Assembly (NCBI GenBank): GCA_004022145.1
Contig: RCNU01000002.1
Length of the DNA stretch: 64,000 nucleotides
Direction: 5' to 3' (one strand)
DNA from: Paecilomyces variotii
Taxonomy: Eukaryota
The notes under the pieces were generated by a model. The model did not search any database and was not told the origin of the DNA. It was given only the letters and a program-made list of their open reading frames with translations. A program made the translations under genes and the position numbers. How positions within the stretch are numbered: position 1 is the stretch's first letter; every line of letters starts with the position of its first letter. Below are positions 22,616-36,311 of this stretch, piece after piece.

Positions 22616-23362
22616 CTTATGTGGATGTAAAGGTAATAGGGAAAGACGAGCTTGAAAGTAAGAGGCTGTGTGTTTTATATGAGCTGTAGCATTCAATGTT
22701 GCAACTCTCGGCGGCCGAAAATTGAGCTCTTCGGGAAAACGTAGCCTCCGGGACTTACATAACCATCCCCGATAACCGGCTGTGTTGTCTGCTGGTGACC
22801 GCTGATCTCCGGAATTATCGCCTTCATCATATTTCTATCGTAGAGTAGTCCTTCAGGATACTAATGCTACATTTATTGAACCTGGCTCAATTATCCTCCT
22901 TGGCCCATGAACATTCCCCTTTGTCTGTGTCATACCACATAGTTCTTAGCTACTCTAGTACAACCTTGTTTTCTGGAGTATTGCTAGCTTAGAACAACCT
23001 CTTTCCAGAACGGTTTGGATCATGTTTCTGGGGCAGCAAGTCTAAAAATGAGGATTCTCTTGTTCTTGACTGCGAGGGACCACTCAGGACGTTATTAATC
23101 TATATCATTGCATTCGGCTGCAGGGTCGAGTTCCATGGAACTTGCATGAAGTTTATATACAACAGTCTGGTCACTCCGGAAATGTTGAACAGGATTGAGA
23201 AGAATCGAAAGAAGAATCAACAGAAGAATAATCTGTATAGGTGGGTCTAAGAGGTAAACTGCCCTGCTCGACAGAAATAAGAGCAGACGCCTTCCCGACA
23301 ATCAGACAAAGATATATGAAACGCTAATACCACAAGAGCAGGAAATATTGAAATCCATAAGG

Positions 23363-25222
23363 TCAGAGGGCATCCTTTCGAGCGGAACTTGCATTCCTTG
23401 CCTCGGTCATAAGCTCCATCTCCTTTTCAATGTCTTCAAAAAGCGCATATACCTTCGCGTCAGCATATACCATCTCGTCCGCATAGATCTTGATAGAGTG
23501 AACATCCTTGCGACTCACTCCCAACTGAGTCTCTATCTCATCTGGGCTTGGTGGAGGACTCTCCTGAAATTTCTGGGGCTCGGGATTCGTCCGTTGCACC
23601 AAAAGAGCTGCAGCCATATGTTCGAGCAATTTCTGTCTAATACGGGTCCGTCGATTCTCCGCGAAGTCCAACTTTGCGACCCATTCGTCAATAGCCTGGT
23701 CCAGCGAAGCAAGTGCTTCCTCCTGCTTCAGCATGCTATCCATGCTATACTTTGATAAACTAGGTGATTTAAGATAGCTGATCATCCTCTCGTGCAGGCT
23801 GCGGCGTCCAGCGCGCAGTGAGTTGTGTGTGCTTCGAAGATAATCGCAGCGTTCGTCAAGCGCCCTCAGCTCCTTCCAAGGGGTTAGTCATGCTCAGGTC
23901 CTGCACCTCTGTATGAGGGGATCATGGTTACCATACCTGTGAAAGTGCCTTCACATCACTGTATTTCAGTACTTCGAACTTTTTCGCCTGTCCGCGAGCT
24001 TGCTCTTGCAGTCTCTCAACTTCTGTTGGTGAGAGGACTCTAAAGGCCTCCGGAGGGGCAACACCCAATGGGAGATTTGATGATGACCCTTGATCCTCAG
24101 AAGGTCGACGACGCTTGCTGGCTTTTCTTTCGACAAACCCATTGTTCGTTGGCGGTCTACCACGTTCCATGATTGGAGTCTGTGAAAGCTCTCGAATATA
24201 CTCGTTTCGGGCCACATTACTTAGTTCTGTGATGGTTCCCATGAGCCCAGGTAATCCTCCACTCTCTTCTCTTTTGTGACGGTAAACGGTGTCAATGCTG
24301 CGCGAAGGTTTGCGGCCAATTGGCGAACGCTGACGTTCCACAGCGCTGCCTGCCCTTCGTCGGGATTGCGATCTCTGGACTTGATCTGTGATATGCCTTG
24401 GGGACGACGGCACTGACGAAGAATTTACTGGCGTTGCACCTCGGCTTGAGGGAGGCCTATGCACTTGTGAAGCCGTCTGCCCTTTAGGTGACGGTGGACT
24501 GAATTTGGACGTTGGAGCTTGAGTCAACGGTGGAGTCCGCACGATCCGTGGAGACTTCGGAGGAACAGCTGGAGGTATATCGGATCGAGTATCCTGCTTC
24601 TCAGGATTCGAATCTTTTGAACCAGGTGGACCTTTCTGTACAGACTCCTGAACTTCTGCTTGACGGACATGATCCCGCACTGATGAGCCATCTTGCTCAG
24701 ATGTCAACACCACGGGTTCGGCAATAGGTTCAAGCATACTCTCCTCAAAAGGAGTCCTTCCCCACGATGGAGCACTGTTTGATCTTTCGTGAGCAGGAAA
24801 TCTCCCTGGAACCGTGGCTTATATTTCCTGTTAGTACAAGTCTTCAAGAGTTGGGTATCGGCTAAAAACTCACGAGAATCTACATAATGCTCTTGCACTG
24901 TGGTCATAGGCCCGAAGCCCAGGTCCGGGAAACTGATCTTGCGACGCCTGACTCCAGAAGCCTCCTTCAGCTGCTTAATCTTTCTGCTTGTGACGAGCAG
25001 ACCGCTATCTCGGAGAGACGGGCTTGAATGACTACTTGCTAATAGGCGTGGTCGTGCGACCTCCACTGGATTCCGGCCAGGAAGAGGTCCTTGTTTCTTT
25101 ATTGTTGGCCATAGTTGAAACTTCGGCTTCTCTGCGGGGCTAGATTGTGCAGCTTGTCCATTGTTTTCCTGATCTTTATTTTCTGTCTGTTTCCGGCACC
25201 CGTCAGTATGCGACCTCGTCAT
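23363..25222 (-). CDS. Uds1 (up-regulated during septation) domain protein, 3 exons
   Basis: Exons 25222-24874, 24817-23937 and 23872-23363. The spliced frame gives DSPTVPGR..HERSNSAP and FEVLKYSDVKALSQELRALDERCDYLR...EEALASLDQAIDEW...ENRRTRIRQKLLEHMAAAL. Confidence 0.8.
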
Positions 25223-28200
25223 GAAACCCAGAAGATGGCAAGGGTTCCTGACTTACCACCAAATATATCTCCTTGGCAACAACATTATTTAGTCCAACAT
25301 TAACATCGGACTCATGTTCGTCCTGCACAACTGGATTCATCGCGCAGACTTTTGCAGAGCTGCAGATTGGGTGGCGAAGAAAAAGATAGCAAGTTGTATC
25401 AGTTATTTAGGAGGCCACGAGGACCGCACAGCCGTCAATATTATATCTTAGGATATAATTATGGGGATACGCGAGCGGGCTATAATAGGGCTTATTATAG
25501 ACTGTATCAAGCCTCATGTCTACCAGCTAAACGTTGAAGGGCCCTGATTTTCTGTCACATTGAGGCACCAGATACTAGTGACGGCTTAGACGCTGCACTT
25601 GCAGCTTGAAACGACACCCATGCTACTCTTTGGGACTAGCTGCTGTACGACCGGAGTCTATACCGTTGATTCCGTAAGAGCATCCTGCCCTGATCCGCCT
25701 ACGAGCGATGGGCTTCCCGCTCGCCACGAACCCATGGTTGGTGGTTTACATCAGACGTCCAATAATGTACACAGCCAGATCATCAGCCTATCTTTGAAGA
25801 CTTGAATCTGAGGTTTCTACCACTCATAGAGTTTCAAAGCCATAAACCCCGAAAGGCCCCGCCAGTGGCCAAACCAAGACCGTCTCGTGAGAAACGGAAA
25901 GGCAAGACTGGGAAACGAATCCATGTTGTGGAAAAACCTAGCTATAGGGCAATAGGATCGCTGGATATCGTTCTCCACAGATTCCGTTATGGCCGGCTTT
26001 CAATCTCCATTTCGAGAACAGGACTTAGGATCCAGACCTTACATGGCAAAATTCCCGACGGCCCCTGTAACCGAGCTATGATTAATTACCCTGTGTGAAG
26101 GCTTCGACTTCGGGTACAGCAGCGGGTCTGACAGTACGAGCTATAGACGATCTCCAACCCCAGCCCACGCGGAAACGACGAGGAAGAGCAGAGAATCCAT
26201 CGGCCGGAGCTCAATAATCTAGCAATCATGACTTCTGTTGTAGACTATTGAACGCTGATATTGAAGACCTAGAATGGCTTCTACCTCAATCCCTTCAGAC
26301 GGCGGACCCAACATATGTTATATACGGTAATGAAGTATCAAGCTCCCGCATGGATTCAGATCGATAGAAGAGATGCCTCTGGGACAGAGTCATCGGGGAG
26401 GTCTCCGGGACCACCGGTTCGATTGCGAGACGTGGATCTGGTTCACGATCGACAGACTCCCTGTCCGCTCAGTGCTCACAGACCAGTCTGGTATAGCATC
26501 TCTCCAAGACCCGTTCTCATCGATAGCTCCATATCAAAGAACAGTTCTCTACATGCAGCGTGCATCATTATTAACCTTTTTTCTAAGATCGCACCGAGCA
26601 GTTAAGAGGTTCTAACTTCGGAGCGTCCGCTATGTCTCATCAGCATCGAGGCAATTGTGGTCTTGCAGGCCGTTCAATCCCCGCAAAAGAAAAGCTTCGA
26701 AACTATATTAGGGGCTGATAAGATGCCCACTGACCTCGGGAGGACGCCGACGTTGCCAGTTGGGGCTAGGGAAGCTACTAAAAGACCCGTCCTTTCCTAA
26801 GGGTCTCAAGTCTCAACGGACATCAGCACGGGCTGCACTTTTTCTCTAAGCCCTGGCGGCTTGGCGACACAAAACTCAGGGGACTGGTCTAGCAACTACT
26901 GCAGCAGATGTCGCAGAAATCCCAGGACCTTGTCATTCTAAGGTCCAACTCTCATCGTTATCCGGCAAAGGCGAACCTAGCGTCGCCCAAGGATCTGGTC
27001 CCTTCTCTTTAGTTGTGACGGATATGGCATACAAGTTTCCAAAGGATTGATGTGATAATGATTACGATAAGCGGCAAACACGAAATACTGACTCGAATTT
27101 TGACGTGACATCAAGAGATGTGTGAGACATACGTGCAAAAAACCATTTTTGATTTCCGGCTCAGCCGACAAGTCGTTTCACGAGGCTACTTGGAACTTGT
27201 AACAGCCACTGCCACGAGGACGCCCCGCTCAGATGCAGTAATAACAGACCAACCCTACTATGGAAAAACGCTGCCTCTCGAACGGAGTCAAAAACGTCGC
27301 AGACGACTCCTTTTGGATTTCTGGGCATTCGAAATCAGTTAAGACTCTCTTGGCCGTTGAAGTTAGCCTGGCAACCTTAGCCTGAGTGGGCGATCGTCGA
27401 AGAGGCTCAAGTTGAACCGGGAAGATCAGCAAAACAAAACGACGCAGCTCGAGTGGAAATATCATAATTGCCGTCTTAAGGACGGTTTGAGGTCTACGAC
27501 GGTGGTTACAAACGTCGTCCACGCTTCGAAACCTCCTTTTGTTTTCTTTATGTCCCATTCCACTACAAATTTGAGAGACCCAGGACGACCCGATGCCTTC
27601 AATCTAAACTCGCTTCTCGCATAACGATTCAATCATAATGCAGGAGTCTGGAGAATCGTATAACGTCACCAAATGATAATTTCTAGCAGGTATAAGTTTT
27701 CCGGTCACAATTGCCCAATAGAGAAGAGTGGCTTGGATACTTTTCGACTCTATTCCTCATCGGCTATCGCCCCAGAATTTCCGTACTGTATGTGAATACA
27801 TAGTACAGAGAATGCTTTTGTAATTGATTATGTGTACTAACCAGGAATTGAACGCAATGATAGACATGCTGTTGCGAGTTTCGCATCAGACCGTGAATAG
27901 CAACTAGACGCTGTCCATCGCGTCTCTACGATACAAGAATTTCCACGTTCTCGATACACGGACCAGCATGAACAACGCAGGGAACGAATAACAAATGGAA
28001 GTGATAACCAGCAGATGTGAGCTTAGTGTCAGTACCTTACAACTTACAAAATACAAGTACATCCACCTCCTTTTCTCTGTTACCCGCTTTTTCTTTGCGG
28101 ACATGGTGAAACCGAAACAGCAGCTTTTTTACCAATCCATGTGTCCTGCAGATCCTCCGGACGGACATATTTCCTGCTCTAGAACGACAGACAAAGGCAG

Positions 28201-31200
28201 ATATAGAGTAGATTGCTTGAGGCGTGAAAGGAAGCAGGGTCATTGTCGATCATCTCCCCTCGTCCGCGAAATCTGAATGTGGACTCGGAACAAGAACCTT
28301 CGAGCCCTAATGTCGCTGAGAGCTACGGAGTAGTACAACAGCCAAGAAGGGCTGCAGTTTGATCGCCTGGTCTCGTCGAGTTGATCAACGCACGTTAGAT
28401 TGGTGTATTCTGCAGTCACGGGACTAACAGGGTTGATATCAAGTCTTCTCAACCAGGCTGAAAATAACATGGAAGCAGCTATGGCCTGCAGCGTCTTCTC
28501 CAGCAGGGATTGAGATCACGAATCGTGCATGGTCATTCGTCTATTCATCTTCGATTTCCTCCTGGTAGTAGCTCACCTACCTTGTCCGGGCACGGTCCAA
28601 CACAAGCTCCCGTGGTGGAACTGGGGGGATCAAGGCGGGGTTGTGCTACAAAGGTGATTTCATTTCATTTCATTGGGATTGACGGTCAAATATCGCAGTT
28701 GCGTGACGGATAACTGCGATATCAGATTCCCCCGCGCTCTCTCTAGCTTGATGTTGTTACTCCGCAGGAGCATACCTAGTAAGTCATATCCTAATACATT
28801 GATCTACTCCGCCCTTTTCGATACTCTTGTTGTACGGTGTATACACAGAGTAGCTCCGGGGCTATGCTAACAGCAGATGTACTCCGTGCGGAGTATTCCG
28901 TACTAGCATCAATCACTGAAAATCATTATTGAAATCAGACCCATAAGAGAATATGCGCATCGCAGATCACCTCGTGCGTGATGGGTTCCGATGAAAGTCT
29001 ATGTTTTAGGTTCCACTACTCCGTATAGGAGAAAAGGATGCAGCATGGACACAACAACATTACAAGGATTCCAGGCTTCCAACTGGCATACAAGGATTTC
29101 TCATAAGCTTCAAGCTTCGTGGTGGGGCCGAGAAATCGAGAGCTTAAAAAGATGACGTCCTGAAGGTGATATAGCAATCATCTCGTCCTTTTGCATACCT
29201 ATCCTGGCGCAAGAAAGGGTGATTGGATCGTTGTGCGGAAAAGAAGCTCTCCTGTTCGTCCATTCAACCGCTGATCCTTGCTGATGGGATCTGAGACTCG
29301 ATCACCAAAATAACTACCCGATACACGGGCCGTAGCACTGAACGCTATCAGGCACAGTCAGTATGGGAACTGATCGCGATCCCTGCTGCTATCAATGATC
29401 ATTCCGGATTTCCCCGTGCGGTCGATCAAGCCTGATACTGAATGATCTTAACACACATATCTAAACTCAACTCTCTTGCCGACAGTCCATGGTTCGGACC
29501 GTGATTTCAGGAACCTTATCTCTTTCCCCGCACGATGATTGACAGATCGCTTTCTGATTGGGCTCTGCTACAGCACTGAAGGACCTTATAGATATACCTG
29601 TATTGCGAATCGATGTGAACCTGCGCTACATGTGTTGTGAAAGTTTCGAGGTCTCGAGGTCCCAGTGCGAAACACCTTTTCGATCCGGTGAAGCCGCAGA
29701 GGCCGTAAAAGACAACCTCAAGAGAGAGCTCCTTGTCCATGTTTCCGCTGGTCCAAACGAGTTGGGCGAGTCTGTTCCAAGTGTAGTTACCCGATCGGGA
29801 AGGCCTGGGCCTGGTCCACTCTTTTCGGCCGTACCAGTAGATTTCTGGCTTCACCGCCTAGGCAGAATAACTGTCTCGTGACAGCGCTTGGCGGCAATCC
29901 GGGCCAATCAACAGGAGGAATCGGGGCTGCGATACTAGGACATGTATCCACGCCTAAAGTTAGGTGAGAACACCGAAGATCATGTCTGGGGGCAAGAGGC
30001 TAGGCCTTGGAAGACATCTGATTGCCGTAGGATGATCAACATCTAGGAGTCATTTGTCCCGACAGGCGTGGATTTTCTGATCGCTCGATATCTCTCTGAT
30101 TGTCATTGACCAGAAGGCAGAGCCGGGGACCGCCATGCACGTACCGTCACAGAGATGAGGTGGACCCAAACCTTCGTCGACTCTATACCTAAGTACTAGG
30201 TACATAGTATGCTGTCCCTGGCTCTACCTACCTGAGAAATCTGGTTGGAATCCCATGGGGTACGCTGCACTGCATTCTGTGTGTAACATTTACTGATCAA
30301 TCTATCTTAATAGGGTAAGCAAATTACCTAGGTATCAAAACAGAAAGCCGAAAGTAGGCCGAGACAAAATGAATCGCATACAAATCAACAATGAGCGGGA
30401 TTGGTCCGAGACAACATCTACGTTTTGCAGGGATGTAATCTGTCTACTACGTAGTCCCCGACGATAATAGGACTGTGAGTGGTCAATTACACCTCCTCCA
30501 AGGGGTTTGATGTTTCAGACCTGCAGCCAAAGCGGTGATGGCGGAGAAAAGATTGCATATTCCGCACACGTGCTGGAAGCTTCTTGCTACTCCTGATTCT
30601 GTTCAAGTGTCTATACTGACGCCTATATTATTATTGACAGTGGAGATGGTGATCATATGTACATACATGTTACGGAGTGTTCCGTGTACGGGAATCCTTG
30701 TCCTCCCATCTCTATTCGATACGAATCGAGTAACGGGTCTTTCAGTCCATGCGAAGCTTATCTGGTTAAGGTACCTTGCTCCGTCCTCCTAGGGATAACA
30801 GAGATGCAATTGAGGATTAGCATTGTCTCTCTCTTCACCAATACAGTTAAAAATGCTAGATATACATCCCTTGGTATCCCTCGAAAGTGGGAACCGATCA
30901 CACCACAATTAGGATATCTGTCCGCACCTAGCTAAAATAGAATCCAAAAGATCTGCCACGCATGCATAATCCCCGAAGATGGCCACGAGGTCGGAAAGTC
31001 GCACTATCTTCTTAGAACACCACAAAGGCCAATAAGAGCAACATATTATTAGACCGACCTAGAAAACTATACCATATACCCTTTTGGCTTATGTTTACGA
31101 AGTGGTAACATTTATGCCTCACTTCAAACAGTCCCGGGTTCTCCAAATCATCCTTCATCTCAGTAGATGTGGGGTACGTTTAATTAGAAGAAGCATAGAC

Positions 31201-33330
31201 CATCATAAGAAAGACCCAAAAGCGTCGCTGCCTGAATCATGCCTGCTAGTTAGGGTATTGAATATGACTTTCGTGCTTTGCCCAAGTCATCCATTTGAGG
31301 TACGCGGAATCTCGCTACATGCTGCTCAGTATTATACAAAATTAAAGTTTCATGATATGGATCGTGGCTAGAGTACTTGGATCTCCTTTGTCGATCTCGT
31401 ATGTGCCGTCTGCGGCTAATACAGAATTGCAGATCATCAAGTCACTCGATGGCAGATGCTAACGGCCAAGTACCTACTATTATTGAAGGATGTGGGGTAG
31501 ATATCATTCAAGCCTTAACTTAATGATACTAAGGGCATCCGATGGGTTGATAATCCTGAGATAGCAGAAGAAGGGGGAAAGGAAATAAGATGAATTTGCA
31601 TTTCGTATTCTTCATTCCTATCCTAATCACACTTTACCTCTTTACATGTAGTAAGCACCTAGACAAATTTTGGTAATTTCTGCTCACTGTGTATTTGAGA
31701 TTACCTTCATAATCATCTCTGATTTACCCTCATCGATTTGAGAACAGGCCACAGCTCTAACCTATCAAACTCGCATGCGTTTCACGTGCATGGCGAATAA
31801 AAGACTTGGCCACCCGGATACAAAACCATCAGAAAGGTCTCGACCATACGTAGCTATCTATCTTACAAGGGCAATGCTGGTAACGACCAATCTCATCTCA
31901 TCCTATTAGGTTCTCGACACAGAACAAGCATTTTGACACGCCCCTTGGCTCGATTAGACCAAATCAATTGCCGAGTCTTATTACATCCAACGCCACATCT
32001 ATGTAATAGGGTTTCACGCAAGTACTGTGCATCAGCCGAGATAGATACTAACGCTCCAGAGCGCAAAGAAACAATTAATCAGTCTCTATGGTACAAGATC
32101 ATCGGTCTTTCTGCCACTGGATTCTTGTTCTCGTAAAGATATTCCCGAAAAGGTACTGTACAAAAGGGACTATCCCCACTGTCCATACGTAGCCGATCTT
32201 GTAGCTGTTATCATCACCATACGGTCCGAAGGACTTCCCAAAGAAGACGAGATGAGGGGGTGGCAAAGTAGGATGGGGTAAGAGGTTGAGGTGCCGATTT
32301 ACCTGATCAGAGACTTGCCATAGTTAGTTTACAGAATTATGTGCGGGGATTTCCTTTGCTCGGGGCACATTTGATCTGCAATGCATTTTGTTTTGAGTTT
32401 CGAGATGGAAATGAGCTTGGATGATCCTTTTTATATTGCAAGTTGTGTGGATTTAAGTTTGGCGAGGACTTTTAGAAGTCAGATTAGTTTCTGCGTTTTG
32501 TGTGCTATACTCGACTTGATTATCAGTTCGTTATCAGGAATAACGTAACTAGTTGTGGTCATATCACTTTTACTAAGTAGAAGGTCTGTGGCATGTCACG
32601 AGATCCATTCACAGTCTTGCTAATATTCAAGTATATAGATGTCTATGCTGGCGTGATCTGTCACTATCCTCTGTTTACGGAAAATTCTTTGATTACCTTC
32701 ATGACCTGTATTCTTTGCATGCCTGATAGAGCTCCTCCTAGACCTAGAGTCAAGCAAGCAGTCTACCAGTACGCTAGAGGTTTAAATCATAATCTTGCTT
32801 CCGTGACATCTGGGCCTCGACAATTTACAGATGCCATGACTTCTTGTTTATGTATTGCGATGAATATGTGTATTACCTTTTGTAAAGTCCTAAAGGGCAT
32901 GGAAGCAACGATACGATTCGAACGTCCTAGCTAAATAGCTAGGTTGCTTGATTCTAGATCTAGGGGGAAGTTGATCCTGTATTTATCTCTTATAGCATAC
33001 AAAGAATCTAAATCTTAGTAATCTAGTAGGTTCTATCCTAAATTAGGATATCAAATTACCTGCTGCAGATGGATGATGCAACAGATTACCTGTACACGCG
33101 CTGACATTTTCCCTCTTCTTGATTTGGAAGCCATAAGTTGCATATAAATTTCAATATGTTTATATCTGCTCTGACATAGTACTCAATTACGATATAATAA
33201 AGTATCAAAAAGTCAATACAGAAAGCAAGAAGAAGGAAATACATTTAAACTCCATCAAATAATGCCATATAAAACCAACACATACTCTAAACTACTCATT
33301 GAAAGAGGCCCATCTGCTTCCCATCTTCTC

Positions 33331-34296
33331 TCAATAGTACCCGCCTGCGCCTCCGCCGCCATAAGGTCCAGGCCAGCCCCCATGAAATCCGTGACCTGAC
33401 GGTCCATATCCGTGTCCGTGTGGAAAAGAGGGTCTCCTTGGACGTCTATGCTCCCGTGCGTGTCGGAAGTACTCTAGAGGAGGAGGTGGTGGTGGTGGCG
33501 GCATCGCTCCACCATAACCCATACCCATGAACATTCTCGGATCCATCCCCATTCCAGGGCCCATCTCACCCATCGGCATATCTCCACCGAACAGGTGTGG
33601 AGGATGAGGAGGAGGAGGACCACGACGGTAACGGGCCGGCTGCATCCGATTCTCTGCCTGTCTTATTCGTCCTCGTTCTCTTATTCGGCTAGTCATCGCG
33701 GACCAGTAGTCCAAGTATGTAGGTTCTCCCTGGTCTCCCAGCCACCGGAGCATGTTCAAGAGCGTTCTGCCTTGTGCTTCCCTCCGGATTTCTCCGTCAG
33801 AGAGTCCACGGCCCCGTTTCTCGCGCAGAAACCGAAGTATAGCTTCCCCAAGGGGGAGTGCACGTGTGAACTTCCTGCCCTCGAACTCTACGAATACAAC
33901 TTTCCCATCATCACGCAGCCATTGCTTGAAGCTTTCCGGGATGAAGTGGTCTTCGACATAGGGGTTACTCCCGCCAAGACCCCTCTGGTCTTCGCGAGAT
34001 TGCATGGCATCTTCAAGCACCCTTTGACGCTCTTGAGGATCTGCAGTGAACGGTACCGATACTGCAGCAGCAGGGTAGGCACGACCATCCGCGGTGTAGC
34101 CAGCCAACAACTCTATACATTTCCCTTCGGGATCCGCATGTGGTCTGTTGTCCATGCCTGGTCTGTCGCCCGCACCTGGTCTTTGTTCCATCTGACCTTG
34201 GGTGTCTTCAGGTGCAGGGCCGCCGGGGCCTCCGACATCTGGATAACCGGCATTTGGATGACCAGCATTTGGATAACCAGCCATGTCATCCTCCAT
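33331..34296 (-). CDS. Gly/Pro/Met-rich low-complexity hypothetical protein (321 aa)
   Basis: Long GC-rich ORF with AAC-ATG context in AT-rich surroundings. Upstream TATATA (~34583-34590) and a plausible 5'UTR intron (GTGAGT ~34508 to CTGAC...CAG ~34341). Confidence 0.7.
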   Translation of the reverse strand: MEDDMAGYPNAGHPNAGYPDVGGPGGPAPEDTQGQMEQRPGAGDRPGMDNRPHADPEGKCIELLAGYTADGRAYPAAAVSVPFTADPQERQRVLEDAMQSREDQRGLGGSNPYVEDHFIPESFKQWLRDDGKVVFVEFEGRKFTRALPLGEAILRFLREKRGRGLSDGEIRREAQGRTLLNMLRWLGDQGEPTYLDYWSAMTSRIRERGRIRQAENRMQPARYRRGPPPPHPPHLFGGDMPMGEMGPGMGMDPRMFMGMGYGGAMPPPPPPPPLEYFRHAREHRRPRRPSFPHGHGYGPSGHGFHGGWPGPYGGGGAGGYY

Positions 34297-36091
34297 GTTG
34301 CAAGTCTGGGCGAGGTATGTCTTCCTCTGTGTCGTGGTAGCTGTAAAGGAAGTCAGAAAGATGTTTCAACACTAAAACGTTCTCCAAGACGCTGGTTGTA
34401 GAACTTGATCGAGCTGCTCGAGTAGATGATATTGATGTATGAGAACGAAAAAGAGAACTTGGGTTGAACGATCCTAACAGAGCTTTATATATTGAAGGTA
34501 TTACTCACCCCTCGAGTCACAAAAGCATTCATAGTAGCAAATCCCATCGATTTCGGTGACGCTTTGACGGAATCACCCCATGTATATAAAAAATGAATAA
34601 TGCAAATCCATTGTTCATGACTGTTCGAAGAACTAGTCATCGTCTTTGTTATACCCCCCAGGATGGAAAGTATGCGACAATACCCTCTCTGTCCATCTGT
34701 TGTAATATAATGATCTTTGTCCATTGCTGGAGACTGCCGTGAACTTCGAATCATCCCAATTGCCTTTGTCCCTAGTTGCTTCGAAACTTTAAGATACTCG
34801 GTTGTTCCTCAGGTGTCGCTTTATTTCATGAAGTGACAGGATATAATGGGAGTGGATAGTTCGAGAAGAGTCCACTTTCTTTATAGTAACAGGAGGCTTT
34901 GAAGGAGACATCTCTGCGTATTCATGGAAAGTGTTCAATGAAATACATATACTAACTATCTGCGTTAGTGGGATATTAGCCTTTCAGGGACCAGAGAAAC
35001 GGAATCGAGACGCACGAGTTGACTGAAATTAAGCCACCACACCGGTACATGGGGTCATTAGCCAGATATCCATGAAGCAGAAATATATTGTCGACGGAAT
35101 ACAAAAGGTTGCAAAAGCTGGAGAGGAGGAATGGGCTCTTAAATAATACGTGATAGCCGTGACTCCTTTATTTGACAGAGGTAGTGAGCATATATTTATG
35201 TTTGCTGTCTAAACCTCAGAGCTAACCTCTATCCTGTTTCCAGTATGATAGCTAAAATGACTGCAAACAGTTTGTCTCAGAAACACCCAAATCTCCCAGT
35301 GTCGCACATACCAAGGCAGATATTGGCTGTGAAGAGGTCTTTGTTTGGCTGCTATGGAGAACTGTTTTATCATATGCAAGCAAAAACCAGGGGCATAACA
35401 AGGAGAATGCGCAATGTCACCTTTCTGTGCAATCAGGATTTCACTGACAAAATGAAAAAGAACTAATGGGGTCTCTTGAAGCGCCTAAGCCTTGTCAACA
35501 ATGGCTGTTTGCTCCGGAGATGCCGCGGCGTTGCTTTAGTTAGATGCATTGCGGTCAGCCTTAGAGAAAGGACCAGGCTGAGCATTACCACCGGGCTTTA
35601 ATTAGAGATTGCTGACCATTTTTGCCTCCTCAGTGCGCTGAACTTGTCATTTTCCGGAAGACAGAAATGATGATGCCTGTGTTGTCTCTATGTGTCGTTG
35701 TGAATAGGAGACGAAGGGGTTCATTCATGTGGCGCAGTCGAATAAAAGCGTCGCTCTTGGCCAGGGGCGCAGCGCGCCAGTATCGGCTGTTGCACAGTGG
35801 ATTCCCGACTCTACTAGCAGGAACTAGAAGGCAAAGCTCTCCATTTGTAGTACTATTCAATAGTTTTCACAACAGAGAGGGTCGCCCTGGACAATATTCG
35901 CAATGTCTTGCGTGGATAGTTCCAGCCGCCATAGTGATGTTCCAAGCACGGTATACAATCCAGAATTTGCTAAAGACAAGGGCGCCTAAAGATAGCACAC
36001 TGCAGAGAGTATCAAAAGGCAGTTCATTGTTTGGATGCAGATCCAATGGAGCAATCAATAGTTAATGATCGCCTGTAGAAACAGCGCAGCT

Positions 36092-36311
36092 GTGGCTTTG
36101 CAGTCGGCTACGCGCGCTTGCCATCAGGGCACCAGCCACAGAGGAACCACTGGTATGTGTGCCAGGAACTATGGAGCCGTGGTCAGTAATGCTTCAGTAT
36201 AGTAAGGAGTAAAGCAGACATTCTATCTCAGTCTAAAATGTCCGGCGGAGTCGATAGAGCGCAAGGAAGCGGAGAAGGGGAAGGCGGACGCTGCTGCGCC
36301 TTGAGGCGTAG
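36092..36311. promoter_or_regulatory. Three Crz1/CrzA-like sites (GDGGCKBNB) upstream of calcipressin
   Basis: GTGGCTTTG 36092-36100 (+), GTGGCTGGT 36139-36131 (-), GAGGCGTAG 36303-36311 (+). Confidence 0.45.

Noticed and set aside
33595-34401. 268-aa plus-strand ORF
   Set aside because: Antisense shadow of the GC-rich 33331-34296 gene. The same applies to 47992-48843, 55954-56499 and 59473-59973.
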